DNA of 64,000 nt. Source: Octopus vulgaris. Taxonomy: Eukaryota. The stretch spans positions 62,000,001-62,064,000 of the forward strand of contig OX597814.1 of the NCBI GenBank assembly GCA_951406725.2, given 5' to 3'. Of this stretch, positions 26,637 through 41,165 are shown piece by piece (within the stretch, counting starts at the first letter, position 1; every line of letters begins with the position of its first letter). The notes under the pieces are model-generated. The model was not told where the DNA came from. It made no database searches and was given only the letters and a program-made list of their open reading frames with translations. The position numbers were made by a program, and so were the translations under genes.

Positions 26637-27379
26637 TTTTTTTAACACAGATACAATTATTTATATAAAAGTACATACACATGTACATACAAATGTCAGT
26701 AGAACATGAAATTGAACATAATGTTCATAAGAAAATTCAATGAAATGTACTAATGGAAACCAACAACAACAAAGCATGAAAATACAATTCTGCAATATGG
26801 ATTAATAATTCTGCTGTTTCTCTCATTTTCTCTTCCCCACCCATCATTTATAATCATTAGACTATTCTAGTACTTCAAATACAGAATACATTGCAGGCAG
26901 AGGAAATTAAATGTGTTCATCTTGGAGATCAAAAGGTAACTATGAGCTTTGATAAAGACAGTTCAGACAATCCATGTCCAGGAAACAGATACTACTGACT
27001 GTCACAATTTGGTTTCAAGTAATATGGAGACTTCTGTTACTACATAAAAAGAATTGTTGCTTTGATGCAATAACCTAGAAGTGAGATTCCAAATATCAAA
27101 GTCCAAGATATAAAGATAAAACATACCAATAATCAATAAATGAACAATATTTTTTTTTTACTTTTCCATTGTTTTCTCTCTCTCTCTCTCTCAACATTTG
27201 ATTTTCACACCAATGCAAATGTGGTTAGTTTTACACAAGTATGCCCTTCCTGCTAGTGAGTGACACATTTAACTGTTAGTCTGGTATGTAGTGGACATGT
27301 TGAATAAGATGAAGCTTATTCACAAAATATTAAAACAGGACTGAAAAGTGGTATCATGTACACTGGAGTAAATATTGTT

Positions 27380-28060
27380 ACTCCAGTAACAGTGAGAAAT
27401 TTATTAAGAGGGAAGAGTGTAGGACAAATGAACCCACAAGTACACTAAGTTGATAGAATTTGTTAGAGGCAGTTCTGTTAATGCATGCTGCTATAGGACA
27501 ATCTGATAAACTTCTGATCAAAATGGTAAGATACAGATGGAAATCATAAACTGGCAACATTGTTTTGTTGTCAAAGCTCTTAAAAACGCAGAGGACCACC
27601 AGTGTACACCATATGACAGCATGGATCTAACAGATTTGATTATGAAAACCATACTGATGGTAACTAAGCAAGGGAAAGAGAGTGAAGGGGTTAAAGAAAG
27701 CAGTTGTTTAAGATTGTTTCTATCACCATCAATAGGAGAATGGAAGCAATAAACCAGCAGGAGTGGTAAAGCTTCCTTATTTCAATTTTTGTGATGAGTG
27801 GAGAATCTAACATTTTAGGTTCTTTATCTGAGTGGGAATAAAAGAGATGTACAGGTTGATATAGAGAGACAGAAAACAGATAGGGGAGGGAGAGTATGAA
27901 AAGGTTTAAAGGAGAATGAAGGGGAAAAGAGTTAAAATTTGATTCAGAAAGGAACAACACTTCAAGCTAAGCAGGCAGAGAGAGAAGGAATAAGATTCAA
28001 GAGATTAAGAGCCAATAGGGTCAAGTGATGAGGATAAACTGGAAAATGTATCAAGTTTAC
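27380..28060 (-). mobile_element. Highly decayed LINE-like fragment (CR1/L2 group?)
   Basis: Minus strand reads ...VVLCVFKSFDNK..., reminiscent of RT domain 1 (SVLSKVFESL); purine bias on +; many stops. Confidence 0.35.
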
Positions 28061-30419
28061 CACTCTAGTAGGCTATAAAAGAATCTGAACTCAGAATACA
28101 AATAGTTGGAATATATACCACAAAGCAAGTTGATTGATGTTTTAATGGTTATGCCAGTCCATTGCTCTAGACTGCTTCTTATCTTTCTAGGATCAATAAA
28201 TAAAGTACCAGAGTTGAACTAAGTGGAAACTGAACTTGGAACACGAAATGCTGGATAAAATACTGCATGACATTTCATCTGAAGCTCTAATACTTCAACC
28301 AATTCCACAGACATTCTTGCCAAGAATACAGTGCAAGTGAATAGAAAAACTATATTCATAGAACTACACATTCTTATGTGACTGTGTGTAAGGTGGATAA
28401 GGTTATTGAATTTGTAACTGCAGAGTTTATATTCTGAAGTTGATGCCTGAGAAAGATATTTGGATTTGCCTTCTTTGTAGCCAAACTAATACCAAGTGTA
28501 TTGTTTTGTAATTTTTTTAATGGATTAGGGCACAAACCTGGAGTTAAACAATGTTGGAACATAACACAAAACAAGGAGTTTCAGTGACTTCAGTCCCAAT
28601 CTGAGCATTTTATATAAGTAAAAATACAGAAGCTGACAGAGTAAATCTTTCAAAACAATAAGTTATTCCATAAGAAGTGAATTGACTGAGTCATTAGAAT
28701 ATTAAACAATATTTTGAGGTATTTACTCCAATTTATCTGTACTCTGAGTTCAATTCCCACTGAGGTTAGCTTTACCTTTCATGTTACCAGGGCAGTTGAT
28801 AAAGTACTGGTCTTAGGTGGTAGACTGGCAGAGCCATTCAAGTATCAAATTAGAGGTCTTATAGTATTTGGCATGGTACTTTGCTTTTTGAGTTCAAATC
28901 TCACTGTGGACTACTTCGTTTAATACCACTACCTATTTGCTGGGTACCTTTAGTAGAGGTTACTCTGTTGCAAGCAATCAAGCCAGGTCTCTGGTTTGAG
29001 AATACCTCCCTTCCCCATTTCTGCCAGTCTCAAAAGGGCCTATAAAGAGTTATGGGCAATGCCCACCCCTACTGACTAAAGAAAAAACAAAATCAGGTGT
29101 GTACTAATTTTCTTCAGTTAAAATCACAGAACCAAATATTTTTCTTCAGATGAAGAAGAGAAGATATGCATGATTATCACTTACTCAAACTACATATTTG
29201 CACACATATTACACCATTCATATGTCACATCCATTGACCATATTATCAAGTTTCATTGGAACTACTGGAATGGAACTAAGAAAACACACAGTCCTTGTGT
29301 TTGCTGCATTCCAGTGTGCTTGAGTGACATAAAGCAACTACTTCACATTGTGGTAGCTAGAACCAGATGGAGAGGGCATCTCATCCACTCTTACAAGTAT
29401 ATAAAAAATGGAATACTACACCAACATATCCATGTGTACACACACACACACACACACACACATACACACACACACACACGATGAGATGTTACTATCTTCA
29501 ATCTTACTTATTAAAAAGATCTTCACAAAGACAGTGCAACACACTAGTTATAGTAAAATATCAAATGAATGAATAAAAATAAACAGCTAAAGTGGCTCTC
29601 AGTCTTTGATTTCATAGTGCACTGATGATTAAAAAAAAAAAATTATTGGAACACTTCACATAAATCTTAATTCTGTTAAAAATTAGAAAAAATAGAGAAT
29701 TATTGGTTACCTTGTTTTATCTATCAGATCAGTGTATAACAAATCTATGAATAACATTTTTCAAGATGTTCAAATATTAGTATTTTCTAAAGACTTAAAT
29801 TCTTGAAGAAAAGAAAAATACACACACACAATGTACCTAAATATTCCATGCAGTACTCCAGTGCACTGCAACAAACTATTTGGGAATCACTGGGCTTAAT
29901 CATGTTTGAAAATGAAACAACAAAAAAGATAAGTTACTTGAGAATTAACAATGACATAAGTATCCCACTCAAAACCAACCTTTCAAATTTGCACAACAGA
30001 CAAGGTTGATCGTTATACAGATACTCGTTTTTACATAGACATTTCTGAATCATGCCTAGTGCAAAATATATTTGTAAATTTTATTAAAGAAAAAGGCAAT
30101 TTTAAATTTCATAAATCATTTTACTGTGTTTTTTTTCTGGCACCGGCATGAACTGGACCGGCCTATAATACAATATCCATCAAAGTGTTTCTAACTTAAA
30201 CCATTGAAGCTTTCTTTAATCTAATCAATCTCTGCCCCACTTCCACGATTTTTGTTCTATAGGAAATCTGGTTATCATCCATCATCCCAACACTTTCCCA
30301 CATTTATCTATTTACATTTAATATCCTGCTACTTTTGTAAAACATGTTTTTTCTCACATATAATGCTATGACTAATCTCATTCCATAAAATCTTTTTCAT
30401 TGCATCAAAACATAACTTA

Positions 30420-30690
30420 TTTACTTGTCTCACTCATTAGACTTCAGTGATGCTGGGGCACCCTCTTGAAGAATTTTGAACTTATTGAGCCCTGGTTATC
30501 AAGTGAGGTGGGAACAGATACACACACATACACACACACAACTGGCTTCTTTTGGTTTCTATCTACCAAATCCACTCACAAGGCTTTGGTCAGCCCAAGG
30601 TTATAGTAGAAGACACTTGCCCTAGGTGGCACAAAGTGGGATTGAACCCAGAATCATGTAGATGGGAAGCAAACTTACCACACAGCCTTA
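30420..30690 (-). mobile_element. SINE family A, decayed
   Basis: Matches the 12037 and 40495 copies in reverse orientation. Confidence 0.8.
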
Positions 30691-31854
30691 CAAATCTTTA
30701 TAATCTAAACGGTGTTAAAAACATGGCAAAGAAAATAGAAAATTATCTATTTAAGTCAAATCATTTTTGGTATAAAATAAAAAAACTTTAAAAAAGGGAA
30801 CAATATGCTATTTATGAGGTACTCATCTATTAAAGTAACTGTTTATATCTCATCAGATCAGTGTTGTATCCTTGGCATAAGTACCTAACTTTTAGCTGGA
30901 TCACTCCATCAAGAAGTAAACAGGAACCATAGAGATATATGTACTAAAAGTACTGGATAAATTAAGAGTTTTGCAATGAACAAAACTTAAAACTATTTAT
31001 CCCACCAGTGATAGGATGTCTCATGTGCTCAATGCCAAAAATGTCTGTGATAAGTCCAACATACCACAACACTTAATAATTAGATACAAAAATATTCCTA
31101 CACAAACATTTTTACCAACACAGAAGAGTGGTGCAAGCACAACATGCCCAGGTTGCAACTAATAAAGTTAACTGCTGTATGTTAGAATGTGCAGTATGGT
31201 CTTTAAATAGAACTATATATGGATTTGTTGATTATACCAAGTCATTTGGCTGACTACCTAAATGCCATAGTCCTGCTTTATCAGAGCTGACCTAGGGTTG
31301 AATAACAGAGTCCCACCAAAAACACTAAAAGGAAACCAAAATGAATCCCTGTAAACCATTGTTTAAATAACAAAATAAATTATAAAGCACATGAGAAAAC
31401 AATTTATTGTATCAACAATTCCTGCAGAGAAGGCTCTCATGAAATACATTGGCATCAATAACTAACAATTCTTAAACAGTTCTGTATTAATAGTTTCCAT
31501 AAACCACAAGCAAAAAAAGAAAAGAACAATACTATACAAAAAAAGCAAGAAATGAAAGAAGCAACAAGCTAGAAAGAGCAGCCAAATTTCCCTCAAATAA
31601 CACCCTGCCATCATAAAAATGGAAAAACAATTCAAGTATGCTATGTCCAAGGGAATCGTGTATCTAAGCTGGAATGCATTTGTTCATAGGTTTGCTCAGT
31701 CAGACCATGTGGAGTTAAACAAAAGCAATATTTCTACTCAATTTCAAAATACTACCTAAGCAAGAATTAGTTTCAGATTGGAATAAAAAATTAAAAAATC
31801 ACATATCTGAACCAAATGAACATCAATAACTTCCTAAATGTCTATGTTGGTCTA

Positions 31855-33070
31855 TGAGGTATTATCAGAAAGTTCGGGACTAGTTATGTTTAATAAAAAA
31901 AACAAATTTTTTACTTAAGCTTTAACATCTCTTTTGAAAATAGTCACCCTGCACAGCAATACACTGGTCCCAGCATTTCTGTCACTTTTGGAATCTGGCC
32001 TGAAAATCCTTCTCTGTGACTTGAGGACCTGCAATTCACTCTGGGATCTTGACAATGGTGTTACAATGGTGACCTTTGGGCTGCATTTTCGTCTCTAGGA
32101 AGAGATGGAAGTCAGCAGGTGCTAACTCTGGCAAATAGGGTGGGTGTAGAAGTGATACCATGTTTTGCAAGGAGAGCTTGGTGACAGGGTGCACTGTCAC
32201 AAGGAATCCAATTCTTCACGTACCACAGATCCAATCACTTTTGCTGAATGTCCTCCCTCAAACACTTCAAAACGTCACAGTAGAACTCTCAATAGACAGT
32301 CTAGCTCTGGGGGGTGAATTCTTGATGCACAACACCGGGGATATCGGAAAAAACAATGAGCATGCTCTTGATTGAGCTGTGGATCTGTTTCACCTTCATC
32401 AGTCATGGAGATGAAGGACTCTTCCATTGTGACAACTGTTGCTTCATCTCAGTGTCATACCTGTAGACCCAACTCATCACCAGTGATGATCCTCGACATC
32501 AAGGATGTCTCATCAGTGACATGCTGATGGAGATCTTGACAGACTTGGACACGACATTCTTCCTGCTCAGAGGTCAGCAGGAGGGGGAGGACAAACTTGG
32601 CAAAGGCACACCACAAGTTCAATTCAGATATTAGGATCGCAAGCACAGGCCCATACAACAGACCAACAATATCAATGTCACTGATTGTCCTCCAATGATC
32701 CTCACGCACAAGCTGATAAATTTTCTCCACATTTCCTGGGGTGACATTCACTACAGGTCTTCCAGATTGCTCATCATCTTCCAGGGATATTCTTATGCTT
32801 TTGAAGCACCTGTACCACTTGAAACAATGCATACGACCCACTGCCTCATCACCATAAGCTTGCCAAAGCATGCTCAATGTCTAAACATTCCAAGTTTAAC
32901 ACAAAATTTCACATTGGCCGTTTCAACTTCCTGTCCAATACAAAAATCACATACATGTGATCTTAAAAACACAAATTTCACAACTTGCAAAGTAAACACA
33001 ATGATGTCACTTGGCACACTGCCTCTTGAAGGTCACTGAGCATGCAACTGTGTACTGCCATTTATTGGTG
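31855..33070 (-). mobile_element. Decayed mariner transposon
   Basis: AYGDEAVGRMHCFKWYRCFK...SLEDDEQSGRP, FAKFVL, IITGDE and KSMLIVF fragments; left end TA|TGAGGTATTATCAGAAAGTTCGGGACT is a decayed mariner TIR; other TIR not seen. Confidence 0.85.
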
Positions 33071-33390
33071 TACTACAGTGAGATTTGTCACAGCAGATTC
33101 ATCTAAATAATACAATGCAGATATAGAAAATCAGATAAGAAGATCATGGACAAAAACCAAGTTATTACTAATTAGTACTTGAAACCTCCACAGTCTAAAC
33201 AGTAGGAACTGTGTGTTCATAAACACAGTCAATACCTTATAATCAGTGAAATCAATTTTATACACTGAGAGCTCACGTAAACTGACGTTGAATAACCTGC
33301 TTAAACTCGTCACATGTACTTGACATGATTATTGTTACTGTAAGCTATGCTGGACTAATCAGAGACACTGGAGAAAGCAAGTTAATATTG

Positions 33391-33599
33391 ATTTCAAATT
33401 TTGGCACAAAGCCAGCAAGTTTGGGGCAAGAGGAATAGTCGATTAGACTGATCTGAGTAATCAACAAGTACTTATCAATCCTGAAAGGACAAAAGACAAA
33501 GCTGACATTGGCAGAATTTGAACTGTGGATGTAAAGACAGACACAATGTCGTTAAGCATTTTGCCTGGCATACTAACCTTTCTGCCAGCTCACCACCTT
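33391..33599 (-). mobile_element. tRNA-derived SINE family B with 17-bp TSD
   Basis: Perfect TSD AAAGCAAGTTAATATTG at 33374-33390 and 33600-33616; head ggtggtgagctggcagaa, gttcaaattc B box. Confidence 0.9.
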
Positions 33600-34669
33600 A
33601 AAGCAAGTTAATATTGCCATTTCATAATAATTCAACAGGTCTAAAAGCATCTTGATCATCTATCACGCACAGCAATAAAGAAAATGAGCTGTCTTGGCTC
33701 AGCATTTTTTTTTGTTTGTTTGTTTTCAAGGGAGACGACATGGGTATTCGTTCCTGGGTGCTTTTCCTAACTCCAAAGACTGGACGTTTTCTTATCATGC
33801 CAGTGGGATGACAAAAATTTTCAGTAGTATAACCAAAGAGTCCTTTCTACCCTGTATAAGTTTTTCTCAGAGTTACTGCTCTCCTTAATAGGTGGTTGTT
33901 GCCTGTATTTTCCTTTGCAGAGCCCAAATTTCCATTTGTTACCTTGCTTTAACAAGGCCTTTATAGCCATATATCTTTTCTATCATGAATCACTTTACAT
34001 CTATCATCATCAGTGTGAACTGGATGCATTTTATCAAGTCGCCCCCATAAAATAATGAAACTGAAGTTGAAGTGAAAAATGTGTAAGGGTGTGACCCCTC
34101 ATTCCTGCCATTAAGCATTAAAAAGGAAAAATCATACAAGGTTTGTATCACAAATACCATAATGTATGAGAGTAAAAACATGTGATGACTAGGAAGGAAT
34201 ATACCTGAGCACAACCAGACACTGAATATAAAAATTCAATTCAGAACAAGTAGGTTAAGAAAATGATCAAGCATAAATATATTAATCTATGTAGGTAAGA
34301 GGAACAATATTTAAACCTACAGAAGTTTGTAGTCAAAGCTAAGAGATAGACTCTTGGTTAGCTAAGTTTGTGACTTAGTTTGAAATCTTGTTTAGAGACA
34401 TTGGACCTCATTTTTAACTCAGAATTGATTAACTTACAGGCTGATTTTCCCATCACCTACTATAATGAAGATACTCAACATAGGACAACAAAATCTTTTC
34501 AATTTGTTAGCTGGAACATGGAGAGTAAATGCAAAAAAAATGTGAAATCTTGAGATTACTAGAATAGTTCTTAGACAATTCAGTCTCACTAACAGGATGA
34601 TGCAGAACCAAGACACAAAATATTAAAACTAATGAGTATATTTTCAAATTAGATAAGGAATACAATATA

Positions 34670-36293
34670 CAGTTGCGGCCAAAATGTTCAGAATGGCATT
34701 GTTTTCGTCAGAAAAGTAGGTATAAGTTTTTATCAAAGTTGTTTTATATTCTATAATTTTCACAGACAATAAACACAATATTAATTGTTATTGTCTGAGA
34801 TTTTGGTGTAATTTGAGCGGATAATACAAAAGTTATGGATGATTTAGTGATTTACTGCAAAACTCATGGCGGCTAAAATGATCAGAACGGTTGAAAAAAT
34901 AACAAAATAATCAAAAATGACAGAGAATACTGGAATTATTTAATATTTAGTGTGAAGCCCTTTAGCTTCAATCACACTCTGACATCTTCGACTGCATGAG
35001 GAAATTAAATTTTCAATTTCTTGCTGGGTGATCTTATTCCATTCTTCCTGAAGGGCATTCCATAATTGCTCAGTTGTTTTAGGATTTCTGGCTTTCGAAC
35101 GTTCTCCTAGAATATTCGACACATTTTCAATAGGATTGAGATCTGGGCTTTGAGCTGGCCAATCCATAACAATAACCTTTTCAGCCTTGAGGAAGTTCAT
35201 GACCACCTTAGCCTTGTGACATGGGGCATTGTCCTGCATGAATATGGGTGGTCGCTTAGTTGAATTTCTCAGCACAGGCAAGACATGATCTTTTACAAGT
35301 TGTTTATAAACTCCTGCATTTAACTTTCCATGTAATCGCACCAAAGGGCCCACACCATCTCCAGATATCATTCCCCAAACCATGACACTTCCTCCACCGA
35401 ATTTAACACTAGTTTTAAGGTATTTAGGCAACAATTTTTCACCTACTTTTCTACGAATGTACCTTGTCCCATCTGAGCCAAATAACAAACTTAGATTCAT
35501 CACTGAAATGCACCGTTTGCCATTTTTCTTGAGACCACAACACATGTTCGGTTGCAAAGGTAAGACGACACTTTTTATTCTTGGAGCTGATCAGTGGCTT
35601 CACTGCAGGTGCTCTTGCTTGTAGGTCATGTTCAACTAAACGATGAGACACAGTTTTTCAAGAAAAAGTTTTCTTCAATACAATGCTCATTTTCCGAGAA
35701 ACAGCAGCAGCAGTTTTAAATCTGTCCTTTTTAACCAAATTTACCATAGCACGATCTTCTCTCTTGGTCGTTTTTCTTGGCCTACCTGTAAACTTTCTTG
35801 CTTCACACGAACCACAATCATCGTAGACCTTAAGAATACCGTGTACAACACTTTTTGACTTGTTAACAATCTTTGCAATAGATCCAATACTTAAATTATC
35901 CTTCCTTCGAAGCTTAATCTGCTGACGAATTGGTAACGGAGTAAGTGGCATTATATTAACAAAGTACACTGCAAATATTCTTACTAATGTTTAGTAAACG
36001 AACTGTCACGTAAACAAATTCAAAACATTAGAGTTCGCCAGTTAAATATACTAAAACACTGAGTAAAAGCAACCGTTCTGATCATTTTGGCCGCCATGGG
36101 TTTTGCAGTAAATCACTAAATCATCCATAAGTTTTGTATTATCCTCTCAAATTACACCAAAATCTCAGGGAATAACAAATAATATCGTATTTATTGTCTG
36201 TGAAAATTATAGAATATAAGACAACTTTGATAAAAAATTATATCTACTTTTCTGACGAAAACAATGCCGTTCTGAACATTTTGGCCGCAACTG
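34670..36293 (-). mobile_element. Full-length Tc1-family DNA transposon with IR-DR ends
   Basis: TA TSDs (34668-34669, 36294-36295); 224-bp TIRs (34670-34893, 36070-36293) starting CAGTTGCGGCCAAAATG, each with an inner repeat of GCGGCYAAAATGWTCAGAAYGG; 1624 bp. Confidence 0.97.
34940..35951 (-). pseudogene. Tc1 transposase, DD34E, two frameshifts
   Basis: Three ORF pieces: HTH with GRPRKT; FSDESKF; FMQDNAPCH...WPAQSPDLNPIE with 34 residues between D and E. Confidence 0.95.
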
Positions 36294-37124
36294 TATATTT
36301 AAAAATTAAATTTCAGCCTTGAAACAGATTAAATACACTAAATACATTACAGGCAAAGAATTGGTTATTTGGAAGAGTTTTTTTTCTTTGGTGCAACAAA
36401 GGGTCATCATTTTTTCTAGGTAAGGAACATTATTTATATGAGGATGGATATAAAGCATTAGAAAAATTATCTCAATAGCCAGTCAGTTTGAAGTCACTGA
36501 TCTTCAGTTCACCTGGTAGTTATGTTATGGAACCCAAGGTTATAAAAGCTAACATAAATAGATTCAAACTACAGAAATGAAGACTGAACTTCTTACCATA
36601 TTGTTTCCATTCCCAGTATTTTGTGCTGTCTCAACCACAGACAGTTATAGAATTTATTTCAAAGAATGAATTACTTTTAAAGATATATTAATTACAGTAT
36701 TAGACTTTGAAATCTACAACAGCTGTTTAAACGGCCATAATAATTATAGTGTTATTATCATTCAACACCGCTAGCAAATATAGCTTGAGCAAATGTTACG
36801 AAAGAAGACAATGTAAGGTATCCAGTGTACCCCTATACAGAGGGGGTTTTAGTTCAACAAGTGCATTTGATCGATCTCACAGCAGTGACCACCCTTTAGT
36901 GTGAGGTATAGTAGCCCAAAATCAAAGTCTTAAAATATGGTTCCTAATCAGGGGGGGGGGGGGCTGCAGTCAGGTTTAACTACTACACTGAAGAGAAAAA
37001 CAATTACACCTGCAGAATGTCCACTGGAGGCCTGTGAGCGAAGATGTGCATGTGTCAGGTATTTTGCATTACCGTTTATCAAGCGATTTAACTTGAAACC
37101 CCAGTCAAAACACTTTGGCAAGAA

Positions 37125-37416
37125 CAGGGCATGCACCCCACAGGCTTTTATCTTGAGGCCCACTTGATACTTTCTTGAAATGGAGTTTATTTAAACATTT
37201 TAAAAATTTTATCAAATATCAAAAGATTGTTTTATGAAAAGTAAAGAAAGATACTACTGTTTTTGCAACGATAATATGTTAAATCAACGACCATTCATTC
37301 ATTATTGTAATAATAGCATGAGAAAGCAAAATGCTTTCAATTCTGACAGTATACAAGCGGCCTCAAAAAACTTTGATCAAAGTGGCCCGCAATGTAATTC
37401 GAGTTGGCCAGGCCTG
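37125..37416. mobile_element. hAT/Charlie-like MITE remnant
   Basis: Right end gtggcccgc...GTTGGCCAGGCCTG followed by GTCTAGAA (NTCTAGAN-type target); decayed left end CAGGGCATGCAC preceded by GGCAAGAA. Confidence 0.5.
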
Positions 37417-38440
37417 GTCTAGAACAAGGAGCAGCATTTATGGTCCTTACAAGTTCTCTGAGACTAACAGGGTTAATTTTCCTCTTGAACACTAACAAGT
37501 CGACGATGAAGGAATGACATGGGCAGAGAGAGATGGACTGGGCGTAGTGGTTAGTACAGGAACGAGGTGCACCTAATACGGGTAACTAGGAAGAGAAACG
37601 AAAAAGTCGGAAAAGCTAGAGTAAAAAGTAATACGAGACTAACCAACAACTTGGTAATGTCGTACAGAACATTTAAAACCTAACATTAAGGATTCTGTTA
37701 TTTTATTAAATATCAGAGGTTTACTAATGTAAAGTAAGTCTTTCGTTGTACATTAGTCACCTAATCACAGAATCTTCCCTTGTATCTGTCAAATGTTAGT
37801 TTTTTTTGACCAGCTCATATAAGCCGATGGATTAAATATAGTTTACATTCCATCCCCCTTCCTAACACACTTCCCCTTCGCATTATCTTTTTCACCATCA
37901 CCTCCAACATCAGTGACCAGGTCACAAATGCATGACAGACAATTACACACCGTCATAAAAAAAATTAAAACAAGTAAAAAACTATATATTAACCCAGTGT
38001 GTGTATGTGTGTTGTAAATGACTAATATTATCACAATACAAAAATTTTATTTCTTAAGAATACCAGAAATAATGTTAAACGTGTGCTTGAACCAATATTT
38101 AAGAATTCAGGTTCGATTTATGAAAGAATAAAACCATATTTGTTTCAATAAACAGTGATCAGAAATAAACTTGTATCTAGGTAGAACATTCTTTCCAGAC
38201 GAAGACTGCTATTTATTAGTTTTCTTTTAATTTAAGAGTACCTAATATAACAGAGGCATACATACAGAAATGTTTTAATAGCTTATTAACAGAAAGATCA
38301 AATCAACCTACAACCTTTGACTAGCTGTAAGGAACACACATCCGGGCGTAATGAGTTGGTTAATAGCCTCGTAGTATTAACGTAGATTGAAAATATAAAT
38401 AGATAAAAAGGAGAAAATGCTATTTAAATGTGTTGAGCAA

Positions 38441-38486
<46 letters not shown>

Positions 38487-39300
38487 TACACGTACGTTCA
38501 ACTTTCCAAAAAGAAAAAAATCCAATAGTCTCAAATCTTATCTAATCATTTCCCTATTCTTTAACAGAAAACAGAAAACTAATGCAAAATATATCGAGGT
38601 AAACAGAAAGCATGACGAAATAGACAGGAAGACATAAGTTACTCATCAAAAGGCATATCAATCAATAGAATAACAAGCATAAAGTATTAAATATAATGTA
38701 GTCTATCGAATGGGTTAATTTAAAATATAGATGGTGTATATATGCAGAAATCTGCATCACTAACAGAAATAATGAAGCATCCTCTTGATACTTATTATAA
38801 AGCTCGACAGAGATGAAAGCTTGAATACATATCCTTTTAAAAGTAACAAATGCGTCAATATGAATTGGAATGTGTGAGTTAGTTAAACAGGTGCTTATCT
38901 TTAATCCTTCTGCTGTTGTGCGAAACCATCGGGTGTAATATTGAAACGAAAGTAACTACGCTTCTACAATTTTTTCCTGTCGGATCTAGTTCATGTTCAT
39001 ATAATAACATTAAAAATCTCAGCGAACAATTTTTGCGCGCGCGTGTGTGTATACATATACATATCTATATATATATATATATATAACACATACATGTATG
39101 TGTATATATATATATATATATACACACACAGACACCTATAACTTATTAGATAGGAAGATATGACAATAAAACGACAAGCTAACACAAACACATGTCAACA
39201 GTAAAACTGGTTATAAAACTCTATAGTTATACTTGCAATGAACGAACACACAAATAAAATTTGATGTCTCAAATCCGTCTGAAAATAAATTTGAACAAAC

Positions 39301-39387
39301 CTTTTTCAAAACAGGGCCAAATTCCACATATTCGGGGCTGTGTTTTAAAGAAAAACATAACATTGGCATACGAGGAACAGCCTCCAT
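39301..39387 (-). CDS. PTPN23: PTPN23 (HD-PTP) coding exon 1
   Basis: Translates MEAVPRMPMLCFSLKHSPEYVEFGPVLKK, matching the conserved PTPN23 N-terminus MEAVPRMPM; 87 nt, phase 0, GT donor at 39300-39299. Confidence 0.95.
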
Positions 39388-39408
39388 CTTCAGTCTATTA
39401 ACGCCGAC

Positions 39409-39418
39409 TCTCGCGAGA
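39409..39418. promoter_or_regulatory. TCTCGCGAGA palindrome (CGCG element) just upstream of the PTPN23 ATG
   Basis: Perfect 10-bp palindrome 22 bp upstream of the start codon, in CpG-rich unique sequence. Confidence 0.6.
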
Positions 39419-39939
39419 AGTCGATAGCAGAACTTGACACGCCTCTTTTATTCGTCACCATAACAAAGCTTCGCTGATATACCTGATCAAAAAAGCAAGA
39501 TTTACTTTGTTTATTGCTTCATTTTATTCATTAATTCGTGATGGACGTTATAAATGGTTTCCTTTTGTTTATATTTTGTTTTTTCTTCTTTTTCTCTGCC
39601 TTTTAGATTGCTGTAGCATAGTTGGGTTCTTACCTTTTATATACTTAGCATACAAAAAAAATTATCTAAATGAATGAGATTATAATTCGTCAAACTATTT
39701 ATTTACCGCGTCTTTGGAGATGAAATAATTAAATTTTATTTCCCTATTGTCTACGAATTGATCTCGGATAGTCATCAGCTGTTCAGATGGACTTAAATTA
39801 CACGAGTAGATAAGGGTGTTAGTGCGTTTAGTTTAGAAGTAAAGGTTCTGTTTCGAGTCCAGGACAAGAATGAATAGGACATCTAATGACAGTCGGATAA
39901 CAAAACACATCGAAACGTGAGATGTAAATGCCTAATATA

Positions 39940-40230
39940 GGCGCAGATGTAGCTGTGTGGTGAGAAGCTTGCTTCTCAACCACATGGTCCCGGGTTCTGC
40001 TGTGTCTTCCACTATAACCTCGGGCCGACTAATGCTTTGTGAGTGGATTTAATAGGCAGAAACCGAAAGAAGCCCGTCGTATATATTGTTTCTCCTTGTT
40101 TCTTTCTGTGTTCCTTTCTGTGGAAGAGCGTAGGCTCGAAATGTTAAAGACTTTTTCACTTCCCGAGCGTTACATTAATACATCTGTTTGTTGTCTACAC
40201 CACCTGTCTTCGTCTTTTTTGTGTGTATGT
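39940..40230 (+). mobile_element. SINE family A variant
   Basis: ggcgcagatgtagctgtgtggtgag head with a different 3' half. Confidence 0.8.
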
Positions 40231-40243
40231 GTGTGAATTCTCC

Positions 40244-40290
<47 letters not shown>

Positions 40291-40494
40291 GAGAGAGAGA
40301 GATGTATAATAATATGAAATACAATTATAATTAAGGGCACAGAGACTTCTGTGCCTATTTGCAAAATATAGACGCTAAATCCGTCTAACAACTCAAAATC
40401 ACTTTATAATTTACACAGGTTGAAAGCGAGGAAGTAGACTGATAGAAATTCATAAAATAATTCAGACAGTTTTGGATTGACCAATTTCTGGATT

Positions 40495-41165
<671 letters not shown>

